NCBI GenBank assembly: GCA_963594555.1
Contig: CAVBEI010000001.1
Span: forward strand, 68,034-132,033
Reading direction: 5' to 3'
DNA: 64,000 nucleotides
Source of the DNA: Lachnospiraceae bacterium
GTDB taxonomy: Bacteria > Bacillota > Clostridia > Lachnospirales > Lachnospiraceae
The notes under the pieces were generated by a model that was not told the DNA's origin, searched no databases, and worked only from the letters and a program-made list of their open reading frames with translations. Made by a program: the position numbers and the translations under genes. Of this stretch, positions 52,716 to 61,185 are shown piece by piece. Within the stretch, counting starts at the first letter, position 1; every line of letters begins with the position of its first letter.

Positions 52716-53585
52716 CTATGGCTCTAAGATCTTGGTGACAATGGCTGCATTATTCTCATCCATAGCGGCTAAAATATTGCCGCGGCTCTGCGCATCCATA
52801 CCCTCTAGAATATCTGCCACAAGCTGTGCATCCGTATCCACCATCGTATCGAAAATCGCTGCCGCATTTTTCGCCTTCATGGAAGAATAAGTGCTGATAT
52901 AATCCTCCAGCTCTTCGTTTTGCTTTTGCTGCTCTAATACCTGGCGGTATATGATCTGGGCATTCGTCGGATCGATAGCTTCATAGTATGTCTGATAATT
53001 ACTTATATCGGGTGCATTGTCCGAAAAGACAACCTCTTCGTCAAATTTTTGTTTCAGTTCCTCAAACTCTGCTTCCTTTTTTTCATAAGCAGAGAGCTTC
53101 TTTAGCTGTGCCTTTAGATCCTTGATCTTATCGTTTTTCTTATCCAGCTTGTTTTGCGTATCGGTAAGCTCCTGCTCTAGCTGCTTGACATAAGCGGTCG
53201 CCTCGTCTAGCGTCGTATAAGGGTATTGCTGTCTTTCGATGGGCTCTTCGACCTTAGGCAGTATTTTATTGACATAGGGGACATCCTTTAGAATCGGATA
53301 CATAACTGTCGAGCCAAAGCCACCGACATCCCATTTGATAACCAGAACGAGAATGCCCAGCCATATTGCGATAATAACGATCGTCGCAAGTATCACAGCC
53401 AGCCTTCCTCCGAGACCGCCATCATCCTCAAAATCCGGATCATCCACATCAATGCCCTTGCTTTTAAGCTTCTCCCTTCGTTTTTCCTCCTTGGCGGCTA
53501 TTTTTTCTGCTTTTTTCGCAGCCTTCTCCTGAATGAGCTCTGCCTTTGTTTTCTTTCCTTCCTTTTCCTCTGCCATGTCTTCCAC
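52716..53585 (-). CDS. YlxF/MotE-like flagellar protein (TM + coiled coil + MgtE_N-like C-terminus)
   Basis: 289 aa. It has a K/E-rich N-terminus, one TM (LAVILATIVIIAIWLGILVLVI) and a coiled coil. The C-terminus is AAAIFDTM...VADILEGMDAQSRGNILAAMDENNAAIVTKIL. Its position after fliJ matches B. subtilis ylxF. Confidence 0.65.
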   Translation of the reverse strand: MEDMAEEKEGKKTKAELIQEKAAKKAEKIAAKEEKRREKLKSKGIDVDDPDFEDDGGLGGRLAVILATIVIIAIWLGILVLVIKWDVGGFGSTVMYPILKDVPYVNKILPKVEEPIERQQYPYTTLDEATAYVKQLEQELTDTQNKLDKKNDKIKDLKAQLKKLSAYEKKEAEFEELKQKFDEEVVFSDNAPDISNYQTYYEAIDPTNAQIIYRQVLEQQKQNEELEDYISTYSSMKAKNAAAIFDTMVDTDAQLVADILEGMDAQSRGNILAAMDENNAAIVTKILEP

Positions 53586-53595
53586 CTTATAATTT

Positions 53596-54039
53596 TTATG
53601 TCTGACTGCTGTAATTAAAGCTCACCAGCTGGTCAATCTCCTTCGCTTCCTCTGCTGCAAGCTCCATTTTAAACTGCTCAAATGCCTTCTCCCGCAGCTT
53701 TTCCTGCGCCTTTCGCTCCGTCATCACCTGCGCCAGTCGTCTTCTCGCCTGCTCGAGCTTTTTTTCTGCTGCATGCACCCTTAAAATCTGATCACGTATC
53801 AGAGATTTCATGACATTGATCGCCCCGGCATTTTCACGAATCGCCAGCACGTCAATCGTACCGACGGCCAGTCTTGCTGCTCGCTCTTCATACTCCATGC
53901 GCCGTTTCATCAGCTGCTGGAGCTTTTGGTTTTCCTCCTGAAGCTGTCTGCTCGCGATGCCATATGCCGTTTTTTCCTGTTCCTCTAATTTGATCTTTAG
54001 ATCCAGAATGCTCTGCATCCGATATACAAATTTTGCCAT
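53596..54039 (-). CDS. fliJ: Flagellar export chaperone/stalk protein FliJ
   Basis: 147 aa all-helical coiled coil (FVYRMQSILDLKIKLEEQEK...). It lies directly after fliI. Confidence 0.85.
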   Translation of the reverse strand: MAKFVYRMQSILDLKIKLEEQEKTAYGIASRQLQEENQKLQQLMKRRMEYEERAARLAVGTIDVLAIRENAGAINVMKSLIRDQILRVHAAEKKLEQARRRLAQVMTERKAQEKLREKAFEQFKMELAAEEAKEIDQLVSFNYSSQT

Positions 54040-54042
54040 CGC

Positions 54043-55356
54043 TTATCCCTCAAAAATCTGTGATAATAATGCAACCTCCTGGTCAAAATCATATTTTTCA
54101 TCGGTACGCTGCAGTAAATACTCGTTGATGCGCGCATGCTTTGCGATCGCATCATCAATCTCCTTATTCGAGCCGTTTTTGTATGCACCGATATTGATCA
54201 GATCCTCTGCTTCGGCATAGGTCGCCATAGAATTCTTTAATCGTCCCGCATAATCCTTTTGCTCCTTAGAAGCGATCGAGCTCATGACACGGGAGATGCT
54301 GGCTAATACATCGATAGCCGGATAATGATTGCGCTGTGCCAGGCGTCTGTTTAATACGATATGTCCGTCTAGAATACCTCTGGCCGTATCCGTAATCGGT
54401 TCATTAAAATCATCTCCATCTACCAACACCGTATATAATCCTGTGATCGAGCCCTTTTCCGAGGTACCGGCACGCTCTAATAGCTTTGGCAGCTCTGCAT
54501 ATACGCTCGGCGGATAGCCACGTGTCACCGGAGGCTCTCCGGATGCCAGACCGATCTCGCGCTGTGCCATGGAAAAACGCGTCAGCGAATCCATCATCAG
54601 CAATACATCACGCCCCTGATCTCTGAAATACTCGGCGATCGCTGTCGCACTCATCGCTGCCTTTTTTCGAATAAGCGCGGGCTTATCAGAGGTGGCAACT
54701 ACTACCACCGAGCGCGCCATGCCCTCCGGCCCTAAGTCACGTTCGATAAACTCCCGCACCTCTCTGCCACGCTCTCCGATGAGTGCAATGACATTGATAT
54801 CCGCCTTGGTGTTTCTGGCAAACATACCCATCAGTGTACTTTTCCCGACACCGGAGCCGGCAAAAATACCGATACGCTGTCCTCTGCCGACAGTAAGCAA
54901 CCCATCTACTGCCTTAACACCCAGCGGCAGCACCTGATCGATGATCTTTCGCTTCATCGGATCAGGCGGCAGTGTATCTGCAGGATACTGATTCTGCAAA
55001 AAAAGCTCTTCATCCGTATCTGTAGGTCGTCCAAGTCCGTCTAAGGTATGTCCTAACAGTTCTTCTCCTACAGAAACAGTAAGTGGATGTCCCGTATTTT
55101 CTACGACACATCCAACTCCTATTCCATCCATGCTCTCATATGGCATCAAAAGCAGGCGATTGTCATGAAAGCCAACCACCTCTGCCATCACCTCGCGATT
55201 CGCAGCTGCGTCTACGATAATACGGCAAAGATCACCCAGCTTTGCCTCGGGTCCTATCGATTCTACCGTAAGGCCTACAACTTTTGCCACTTTTCCATAA
55301 CAATGATAAAAAAAATGCTGCGTAACCTGCAGATATTTGTGTACATCAAAATCCAT
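54043..55356 (-). CDS. fliI: Flagellum-specific ATPase FliI
   Basis: Walker A is AGSGVGKSTLMGM and Walker B is VLLMMDSLTR. The start was set at the ATG at 55356 (MDFDVHKYL...YGKVAKVVG). The ORF-track GTG at 55389 lies inside fliH. Confidence 0.93.
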   Translation of the reverse strand: MDFDVHKYLQVTQHFFYHCYGKVAKVVGLTVESIGPEAKLGDLCRIIVDAAANREVMAEVVGFHDNRLLLMPYESMDGIGVGCVVENTGHPLTVSVGEELLGHTLDGLGRPTDTDEELFLQNQYPADTLPPDPMKRKIIDQVLPLGVKAVDGLLTVGRGQRIGIFAGSGVGKSTLMGMFARNTKADINVIALIGERGREVREFIERDLGPEGMARSVVVVATSDKPALIRKKAAMSATAIAEYFRDQGRDVLLMMDSLTRFSMAQREIGLASGEPPVTRGYPPSVYAELPKLLERAGTSEKGSITGLYTVLVDGDDFNEPITDTARGILDGHIVLNRRLAQRNHYPAIDVLASISRVMSSIASKEQKDYAGRLKNSMATYAEAEDLINIGAYKNGSNKEIDDAIAKHARINEYLLQRTDEKYDFDQEVALLSQIFEG

Positions 55357-55378
55357 AGATTTCCTACTCCAAATCCAT

Positions 55379-56248
55379 CTATTGCTCACAGCAAACGCAA
55401 AGGCTCTTTAGATCGCGCGTCAGCTGATCTAATGCGACGTCTAAGCTACAGTCATAGACCCCGGAATCCGTATCGAGAATGCAGCAGCTGCTTGTCAGCT
55501 TAGGATCCATCACAATCTCGATCACTACATCCTCTCCGACCTTTTCGATAAGCTCTGCCTTGTGCTCACGCAAAAAAGGCGCCTCCTCTTCGCATACATG
55601 AATCTTTATGTGCTTTGTCTCACGAATGCCACGCATCGCATGTCTTACAAGCTGCAAAAGCAGCTCCTGCTTGCCGCGAAACTGCATGCCAAATACATCA
55701 TCAAATATGGTAAGCATCGTATCTAAAAGCTGTGGCTCTAAAGAAGACAGTGCCTTCTCATATTGCTCATGCAGCGCAAGCTCCTTTTTCTCAAACGTCT
55801 CCTGCTGTATCCTCTCACGCTCTGCGGCTTCTTTTTTAGCAGCTTCTTTTCCTTCCCTATAGCCTTCTTCCTTTGATTGCATGCGCAGCCGCTCGGCCTC
55901 CTCGACTGCCTGCATATGAATCTGCGAGGCCTGCGTTTGTGCAGCCTCTAAAATCTGTGCTGCCTCCTCCTTTGCCTGTGCGACCATATCGATCTGCGGT
56001 TCTTCCGGTGCGATCTCCTCTGCAAAAATACCTTCCTTAAATTCCGGATGCTCATCGATCGTTCCATTCTCGATCGCTTCCTCGCGCAAACGCGTAAATT
56101 CCTCTATTCGCGCCTTTTCCTGCTCTCGCTCGATTTTCTCCATAGTACGGGCGATCCGATCGTTTGTATCGATAACACGACACACCTCTCTTCCTCGAAT
56201 CGCATAGCTTCCCTGATAAAAATTAGACAATGACCTCGTCACCTCCAC
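55379..56248 (-). CDS. fliH: Flagellar assembly protein FliH
   Basis: 289 aa as given in the ORF track (GTG start). A TTG at 56230 (MSNFYQGS...) overlapping the fliG stop is an equally plausible start. The protein has an E/A/K-rich coiled coil and a C-terminal FliH domain, and lies between fliG and fliI. Confidence 0.85.
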   Translation of the reverse strand: MEVTRSLSNFYQGSYAIRGREVCRVIDTNDRIARTMEKIEREQEKARIEEFTRLREEAIENGTIDEHPEFKEGIFAEEIAPEEPQIDMVAQAKEEAAQILEAAQTQASQIHMQAVEEAERLRMQSKEEGYREGKEAAKKEAAERERIQQETFEKKELALHEQYEKALSSLEPQLLDTMLTIFDDVFGMQFRGKQELLLQLVRHAMRGIRETKHIKIHVCEEEAPFLREHKAELIEKVGEDVVIEIVMDPKLTSSCCILDTDSGVYDCSLDVALDQLTRDLKSLCVCCEQ

Positions 56249-57230
56249 CTCTGGAGATTACAATTTCTGCTGAATCCTCTAGCTTTCGGATGATAGAAAC
56301 GATCTTTTGCTGTGCTTCCTCGACATCCTTCATACGTACCGGACCCATAAATTCGATATCCTCTTCGATCATGGCAGCCAGACGCTTGGACAGATTCTTT
56401 AGGATGACGTTCTTTACTTCCTCGTTTGAGCCCTTTAGGGCAATCTCAAGGTCAGAGTTCTCCACATCACGCAGCACACGCTGAATCGCACGGTCATCAA
56501 GCAGCAAAATATCCTCGAATACAAACATTTTCTTTCGAATCTCGTCTGCAAGCTCCGGCTCCTCGACCTCTAGAGACTCCATAATATGCTTTTCTGTACC
56601 ACGATCGACGGTATTTAATATATTGACGATCGCATCTACGCCACCGACGATGGTATAATCCTGATTGACCAGAGAAGCTAGTTTTCGCTCCAAAACGCCC
56701 TCTACCTCCTTGATCACATCCGGCGAGGTACGATCCATCATGGCGATTCTCTTGGCAACATCTGCCTGCTTTTCCGGCGCTAAGGCACCTAAAATCATCG
56801 CTGCCTGCCCGCTCGATAAATAAGATAAGATCATCGCGATCGTCTGAGGATGCTCGTCCTGAATAAAATTGAGTACCTGAGACGGATCGGTCTTGCGCAC
56901 GAATTCAAACGGTCGTACCTGTAAGGATGCCGTGAGCTTGGTGATGACATTTTGTGCCTGCTCCTCTCCGAGTGCCTTTTCTAAAAGCTCTCTTGCATAG
57001 CCGATACCACCCTCTGCGATATATTGCTGTGCCAGACAAACCTGGTAAAACTCCTCCAGCACAACCTCCTTCGTCTGCGGAGATACACTTCTCGTATTTG
57101 CAATCTCCAGTGTCAGCTCCTCGATCTCATCCTCCTTCAGATGCTTAAAGATCGCCGCTGATTTTTCCGGCCCGAGTGCGATCAAAAGAATCGCTGCCTT
57201 TTGTACACCGCTCAGTTCCTCATTCGCCAT
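56223..57230 (-). CDS. fliG: Flagellar motor switch protein FliG
   Basis: 335 aa. Contains LSGVQKAAILLIALGPEKSA, the EHPQ motif (IQDEHPQTIAMIL) and a C-terminal torque helix region. Confidence 0.96.
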   Translation of the reverse strand: MANEELSGVQKAAILLIALGPEKSAAIFKHLKEDEIEELTLEIANTRSVSPQTKEVVLEEFYQVCLAQQYIAEGGIGYARELLEKALGEEQAQNVITKLTASLQVRPFEFVRKTDPSQVLNFIQDEHPQTIAMILSYLSSGQAAMILGALAPEKQADVAKRIAMMDRTSPDVIKEVEGVLERKLASLVNQDYTIVGGVDAIVNILNTVDRGTEKHIMESLEVEEPELADEIRKKMFVFEDILLLDDRAIQRVLRDVENSDLEIALKGSNEEVKNVILKNLSKRLAAMIEEDIEFMGPVRMKDVEEAQQKIVSIIRKLEDSAEIVISRGGGDEVIV

Positions 57231-57242
57231 ATATCCTATCTC

Positions 57243-58844
57243 CTAATCCCAATCCTCATTCAGCCAGTTGCGAAGCAGGGATGCCACGGCCTCCGGCTTT
57301 TCATCCACAAATTTTTCGATCAAAAGACGCGCCTCAGACTTCTCCGAATAAGCGATATCCTCCATCTCACTTTCCTTTTCTCTGGTAGAAGCAAGCAGTG
57401 ATTCCACAGACAGCTCCGGCTCGAGCTCCTGCACCTGCTCCTTCCTCGTACTGCGAAATACCACATATCCTAACAATGCAAAAATAAGCACCGCTAACAG
57501 AATCTGGAAATAATCGGCAAGTGTCCGTCCGCTTCCTGCCGAATACTGGAATACCGGCACCTCATAGGCTACGATCGAAATGTTGCTCTCCGGAATACCT
57601 GTCGCATTCGCCACCAGCTGATAGAACTCCTCGTCCACCTCTGTTTTTACGCGATCAGAATTATTCGCCTTAAACTCATCAAACGTCGTACCCTCGAGCT
57701 GGCCGCTCTCCTTCATCGTATCCTCGTTGTAGGTGACATAGCTGGTCGCCACAACTGAAATCGAAGAATTGTCGTAATTGATCGTACCCGCCGCACCATA
57801 GGTCTTTGTCAGACGCTCACTCAAAAGATAGTCCTTTTTTACCTCGCTGACAGACGACTCTGTCACATCGCCGTCCTCTAATACATAAGAATCGTTATCA
57901 TTTGAATCGGTACCCGGTACAGCAGCTGTACCGCCAACCGCCGTCGAATCGTACGTCTGCTCCGAGTCAAGATATCCTTGAGATTGTCCGTCCGGTGCAT
58001 AAAAATTATGATCTACTACATCAACATTGGAAAAATCCATATCGAGGTTTAATCCTACCTCGACATTATTATACATCTCGGTGCCTATCAGGATGTCCTT
58101 GACACCCTTTTTAAAGCCCTGCTCATACTTTTGACGAAGCGAAAGCTGTGACGTAGCTGTGCCAATCGTCGTAGACTCATCACCACCGGCGAACAGTGTA
58201 TTGTTGTCCGTGTCCATAATGGTGATCTCATCCGTGCTGTCATTGCCGACTGCAACTGCGATGAGTCTGGCGAGTCCTGCAGCCTGCTCCTCATCCATCT
58301 CTCCATTCAGATCCAGTGCAACCGCTACATAGGTCGGCTCCTGCTGTGCGATCAGCGTTCCATCGTTCGTCGGGATATTCATACGAATCTTTGCTTCGTC
58401 GACATTATCCAAAAATTCGATGGTCTCCTTTAGCTGCTGCTCTAAATAAACCTGATAGCGGCGTGTAGTATCCTGTTCTGTTGTCGTAAAGCTGCCATCT
58501 AACGCATCATCGATGGTAAAGCCGCTCACCGGCAGGGAATTCGAGCCAAGCAAAATACGTGCGTTTGCTTCATCCTCTGCATTTATCGTAAATACAAGAC
58601 CGTCACTGCTGACCGTATAGGCGATATCGTTGTCTACGAGCAGCTGCTTGACCTCACTCGCCTGCTTTGTATCCTCACAGGTCGTCAGCTCCACGGTCTT
58701 TGGGCGGGTCATAATAAATGCGGTCAATCCGATCGCAACGATAATGACAGCCACAATGCTGATCAAAAGTGCTTTTTGTTTTTTGCTGAATTGCTTCCAC
58801 CATTCTAAGATTCGCTCCAAGAGCTGTCTTAATCTATCCTGCAT
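57243..58844 (-). CDS. fliF: Flagellar MS-ring protein FliF
   Basis: 533 aa with N- and C-terminal TMs around a large periplasmic-type domain. The C-terminal FliG-binding tail is …ASLLRNWLNEDWD. Confidence 0.93.
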   Translation of the reverse strand: MQDRLRQLLERILEWWKQFSKKQKALLISIVAVIIVAIGLTAFIMTRPKTVELTTCEDTKQASEVKQLLVDNDIAYTVSSDGLVFTINAEDEANARILLGSNSLPVSGFTIDDALDGSFTTTEQDTTRRYQVYLEQQLKETIEFLDNVDEAKIRMNIPTNDGTLIAQQEPTYVAVALDLNGEMDEEQAAGLARLIAVAVGNDSTDEITIMDTDNNTLFAGGDESTTIGTATSQLSLRQKYEQGFKKGVKDILIGTEMYNNVEVGLNLDMDFSNVDVVDHNFYAPDGQSQGYLDSEQTYDSTAVGGTAAVPGTDSNDNDSYVLEDGDVTESSVSEVKKDYLLSERLTKTYGAAGTINYDNSSISVVATSYVTYNEDTMKESGQLEGTTFDEFKANNSDRVKTEVDEEFYQLVANATGIPESNISIVAYEVPVFQYSAGSGRTLADYFQILLAVLIFALLGYVVFRSTRKEQVQELEPELSVESLLASTREKESEMEDIAYSEKSEARLLIEKFVDEKPEAVASLLRNWLNEDWD

Positions 58845-58875
58845 GGCTTAACTGTTCTCCCGTATGTCCTATTTT

Positions 58876-58901
58876 GTAACTGCTTAGTCCCTTCACAGTT
58901 A
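58876..58901 (-). other. 7-bp stem-loop in the fliE-fliF intergenic gap
   Basis: The arms GTAACTG (58876-58882) and CAGTTAC (58895-58901) flank a 12-nt loop. No U-tract follows. Confidence 0.3.
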
Positions 58902-58908
58902 CCCTATT

Positions 58909-59211
58909 TTACATCTGCATGTTCATGATCGTATCATAGGCCTCAAGCACCTTATCTCGTACTGCGACCGTATACTGCAGCGCTGTAGTCGCCTTGGTCT
59001 GAGCTATCTGCAGATCGTGTGTATTATCCGCCTGACCGAGCATAAACTGAACCTCCAGGGATTCTGCCGTATTTTGCAGATCGTTCGTCTCATCTAACAT
59101 ATTCAGTGCAGTAGAAAAGACCGAATCAAAGCTGCTGTCTGCATCGACTGTGTTATTCATTGCCTGTGCAATCACTGAAGACTGCACATTACGAAGTGCT
59201 CCGATCTCCAT
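58909..59211 (-). CDS. fliE: Flagellar hook-basal body complex protein FliE
   Basis: 100 aa. The conserved C-terminus is …TKATTALQYTVAVRDKVLEAYDTIMNMQM. It lies after flgC. Confidence 0.9.
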   Translation of the reverse strand: MEIGALRNVQSSVIAQAMNNTVDADSSFDSVFSTALNMLDETNDLQNTAESLEVQFMLGQADNTHDLQIAQTKATTALQYTVAVRDKVLEAYDTIMNMQM

Positions 59212-59224
59212 CTATCTCTTCCTC

Positions 59225-59668
59225 CTAGCCCTGTCCGATCTGAATACCGGCCTGTGCAATAGCCTTGCTCGCCTCAAAGGCAGTCGCATTCGCCTCATAG
59301 CCACGGCTTGCATCGATCAGATTCGTCATTTCGGTCACGATATTGACATTCGGATAGGATACGTATCCGTTTTCGTCCGCATCCGGATGAGAAGGATCGT
59401 ATTCCATGACAAAATCACTCGTCGTATCCTCCTTTACGCTCGTCACCTTAACACCGGTTCCGCGAAACTTTTTCTTCTCACCCTCTAGAGCCTCCTGAAA
59501 GGTACTTGCCCGTTTTTCTGCAAAGGTCACTACCTGTCTGCGGTAGGGTGTGCCATCCTCGGTACGCGTTGTCTTGACATTCGCGATATTTTGAGCGATG
59601 ATGTCGGTTCGAAAACGCTCTGCAGTCATGCCGGAAGCACTAATATCAAACGATTGAAATAGTCCCAT
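59225..59668 (-). CDS. flgC: Flagellar basal-body rod protein FlgC
   Basis: 147 aa. Contains SASGMTAERFRTDIIAQNIANVKTT and a C-terminal YEANATAFEASKAI. Confidence 0.95.
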   Translation of the reverse strand: MGLFQSFDISASGMTAERFRTDIIAQNIANVKTTRTEDGTPYRRQVVTFAEKRASTFQEALEGEKKKFRGTGVKVTSVKEDTTSDFVMEYDPSHPDADENGYVSYPNVNIVTEMTNLIDASRGYEANATAFEASKAIAQAGIQIGQG

Positions 59669-59682
59669 CTTTCACTCCTCCT

Positions 59683-60081
59683 CTATCTGCCCATCGCAGT
59701 CTGCAATCTCGAAAACTCCTGTGTTACTGAATTTGCAAGCAGCTGGTAACGAAGCTGCTCGCTGGCAAGCTCTGTATTTTCTACGTCCACGTCTACATTG
59801 TTACCGTCTAGCCGGTAATCATAGCCATAGGCCTGCATATCAAAATGTACTCCTGCATCCAAATGTGTCAGATCTACATCATCCACCTTTTCATCGAGAG
59901 AATTCCATTTGAGCTTGTCAAGCTCCTGATTTAGAAGGCTCTCAAAATCCACCTCTCTGCGCTTGTATCCGGGCGTGTTTATATTCGCGATATTATTGGC
60001 GATCACAGTCTCACGCAAAGAGCTGGCATCTAATGCCTTGTCTAATACATTGATATAGTTGTATGCGTTTGTTTGAATCAT
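59683..60081 (-). CDS. flgB: Flagellar basal-body rod protein FlgB
   Basis: 132 aa. Contains VIANNIANINTPGYKRREVDFES. It is the first gene of the operon. Confidence 0.93.
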   Translation of the reverse strand: MIQTNAYNYINVLDKALDASSLRETVIANNIANINTPGYKRREVDFESLLNQELDKLKWNSLDEKVDDVDLTHLDAGVHFDMQAYGYDYRLDGNNVDVDVENTELASEQLRYQLLANSVTQEFSRLQTAMGR

Positions 60082-60152
60082 GCAGGCACTTCCTCTCTTA
60101 TTGTTTGTGACCTTTTTTATCGTAAGGACAAATTTTCCCGTGTACTACCTAT

Positions 60153-60180
60153 AGTATAATTTATTTTTATAAAAACACAA
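60153..60180 (-). promoter_or_regulatory. Candidate sigma-A promoter of the fla/che super-operon (TTGTGT-N16-TATACT)
   Basis: The minus strand reads acTTGTGTttttataaaaataaatTATACTatagg, about 70 nt upstream of the flgB ATG. This is the best of several weak matches in the 220-nt gap. Confidence 0.35.
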
Positions 60181-60229
60181 GTATTTTTTCATAATCTAGT
60201 ATGCAATCCATTGGTTTGACACAAGATAT

Positions 60230-60263
60230 AGAAAAAAGGGATCTACCAGTCGGTAAATCCCTT
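60230..60263 (-). terminator. Rho-independent terminator of codY
   Basis: A 7-bp stem AAGGGAT/ATCCCTT with a 14-nt loop is followed on the minus strand by TTTTTTC. It lies about 40 nt after the codY stop. Confidence 0.6.
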
Positions 60264-60301
60264 TACACTCAAAACAAATCCGTTTGTTTTATAATAATTA
60301 T

Positions 60302-61084
60302 CTATTTTTTATGCTGCTTTTGTCTGACCTGCTCAAGCTCGGAAAATACAACATCGTTTAGCACCTTAATGTAGGTACCGCGCATGCCGGACGAGCGTGA
60401 TTCAATCACCCCGGCACTCTCAAACTTGCGCAAGGCATTGACTATCACCGAACGGGTGATGCCCACGCGGTCCGCGATCTTGCTGGCTACGAGGATGCCT
60501 TCCTTGCCTCCTAGCTCATCAAAAATCAAAAGGATCGCCTCTAGCTCGGAAAAGGATAATGTAGATATCGCTGACTTAACGATCTGTATCTTTCTATTCT
60601 CCTCTGCGTTCTCTTCATTAACAGAACGCAGCATCTCAAGTCCAACAACTGTCGTACCATATTCTGTCAAAATAATATCATCGATATCATAGGTCTGTTC
60701 CATCCGATAAACAAACAACGTGCCGAGCCGCTCTCCTGCGATATCGATCGGGGCGATGATCGCAGCATAATCCCTGATATCCTGTTCAAAGCCAAGCGTC
60801 TCAAGATTTACATTTTCTTTGGTGGAGAGAATACCAAGCAATCGCTCGTTTAGCAAAGGATCAATGAATTCTCCGACCTTTGCTGCAAGAAGCTCCTGAA
60901 GCGGTGGAAGAAGCTCTGATAAGCTCTCTCCTAATACCTTTCCCTTTTTGCTGATGACAAGTATATTCGAAGATAAAATATCCGTGAGCACATCGCAGAT
61001 ATCATTGAATACGACCTTTGAGGAATTGTTGTTATGGAGTAGCTTGTTAATCTTTCTTGTTTTATCTAATAATGCGACACTCAT
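60302..61084 (-). CDS. codY: GTP/BCAA-sensing pleiotropic repressor CodY
   Basis: 260 aa. The N-terminus is a GAF-like domain. The C-terminal wHTH is ASKIADRVGITRSVIVNALRKFESAGVIESRSSGMRGTYIKVLN. It lies immediately upstream of flgB, as in B. subtilis. Confidence 0.96.
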   Translation of the reverse strand: MSVALLDKTRKINKLLHNNNSSKVVFNDICDVLTDILSSNILVISKKGKVLGESLSELLPPLQELLAAKVGEFIDPLLNERLLGILSTKENVNLETLGFEQDIRDYAAIIAPIDIAGERLGTLFVYRMEQTYDIDDIILTEYGTTVVGLEMLRSVNEENAEENRKIQIVKSAISTLSFSELEAILLIFDELGGKEGILVASKIADRVGITRSVIVNALRKFESAGVIESRSSGMRGTYIKVLNDVVFSELEQVRQKQHKK

Positions 61085-61131
61085 TGGTTCTCTCTTTTCT
61101 TAATTGTATACAAAAAAATGGATGTAAGGTA

Positions 61132-61160
61132 ATCATACACCCACTTTTCTGAAAATACAA
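61132..61160 (-). promoter_or_regulatory. Candidate sigma-A promoter of codY (TTGTAT-N17-TATGAT)
   Basis: The minus strand reads ttaTTGTATtttcagaaaagtgggtgTATGATtacc. The -35 is at 61155-61160 and the -10 at 61132-61137. Confidence 0.5.
61143..61157. promoter_or_regulatory. Near-consensus CodY box overlapping the codY promoter
   Basis: TATTTTCAGAAAAGT matches the palindromic consensus AATTTTCWGAAAATT at 13 of 15 positions. It spans the -35/spacer of the predicted promoter. Confidence 0.5.
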
Positions 61161-61185
61161 TAAAAATTCTAACAACTATTATAAA

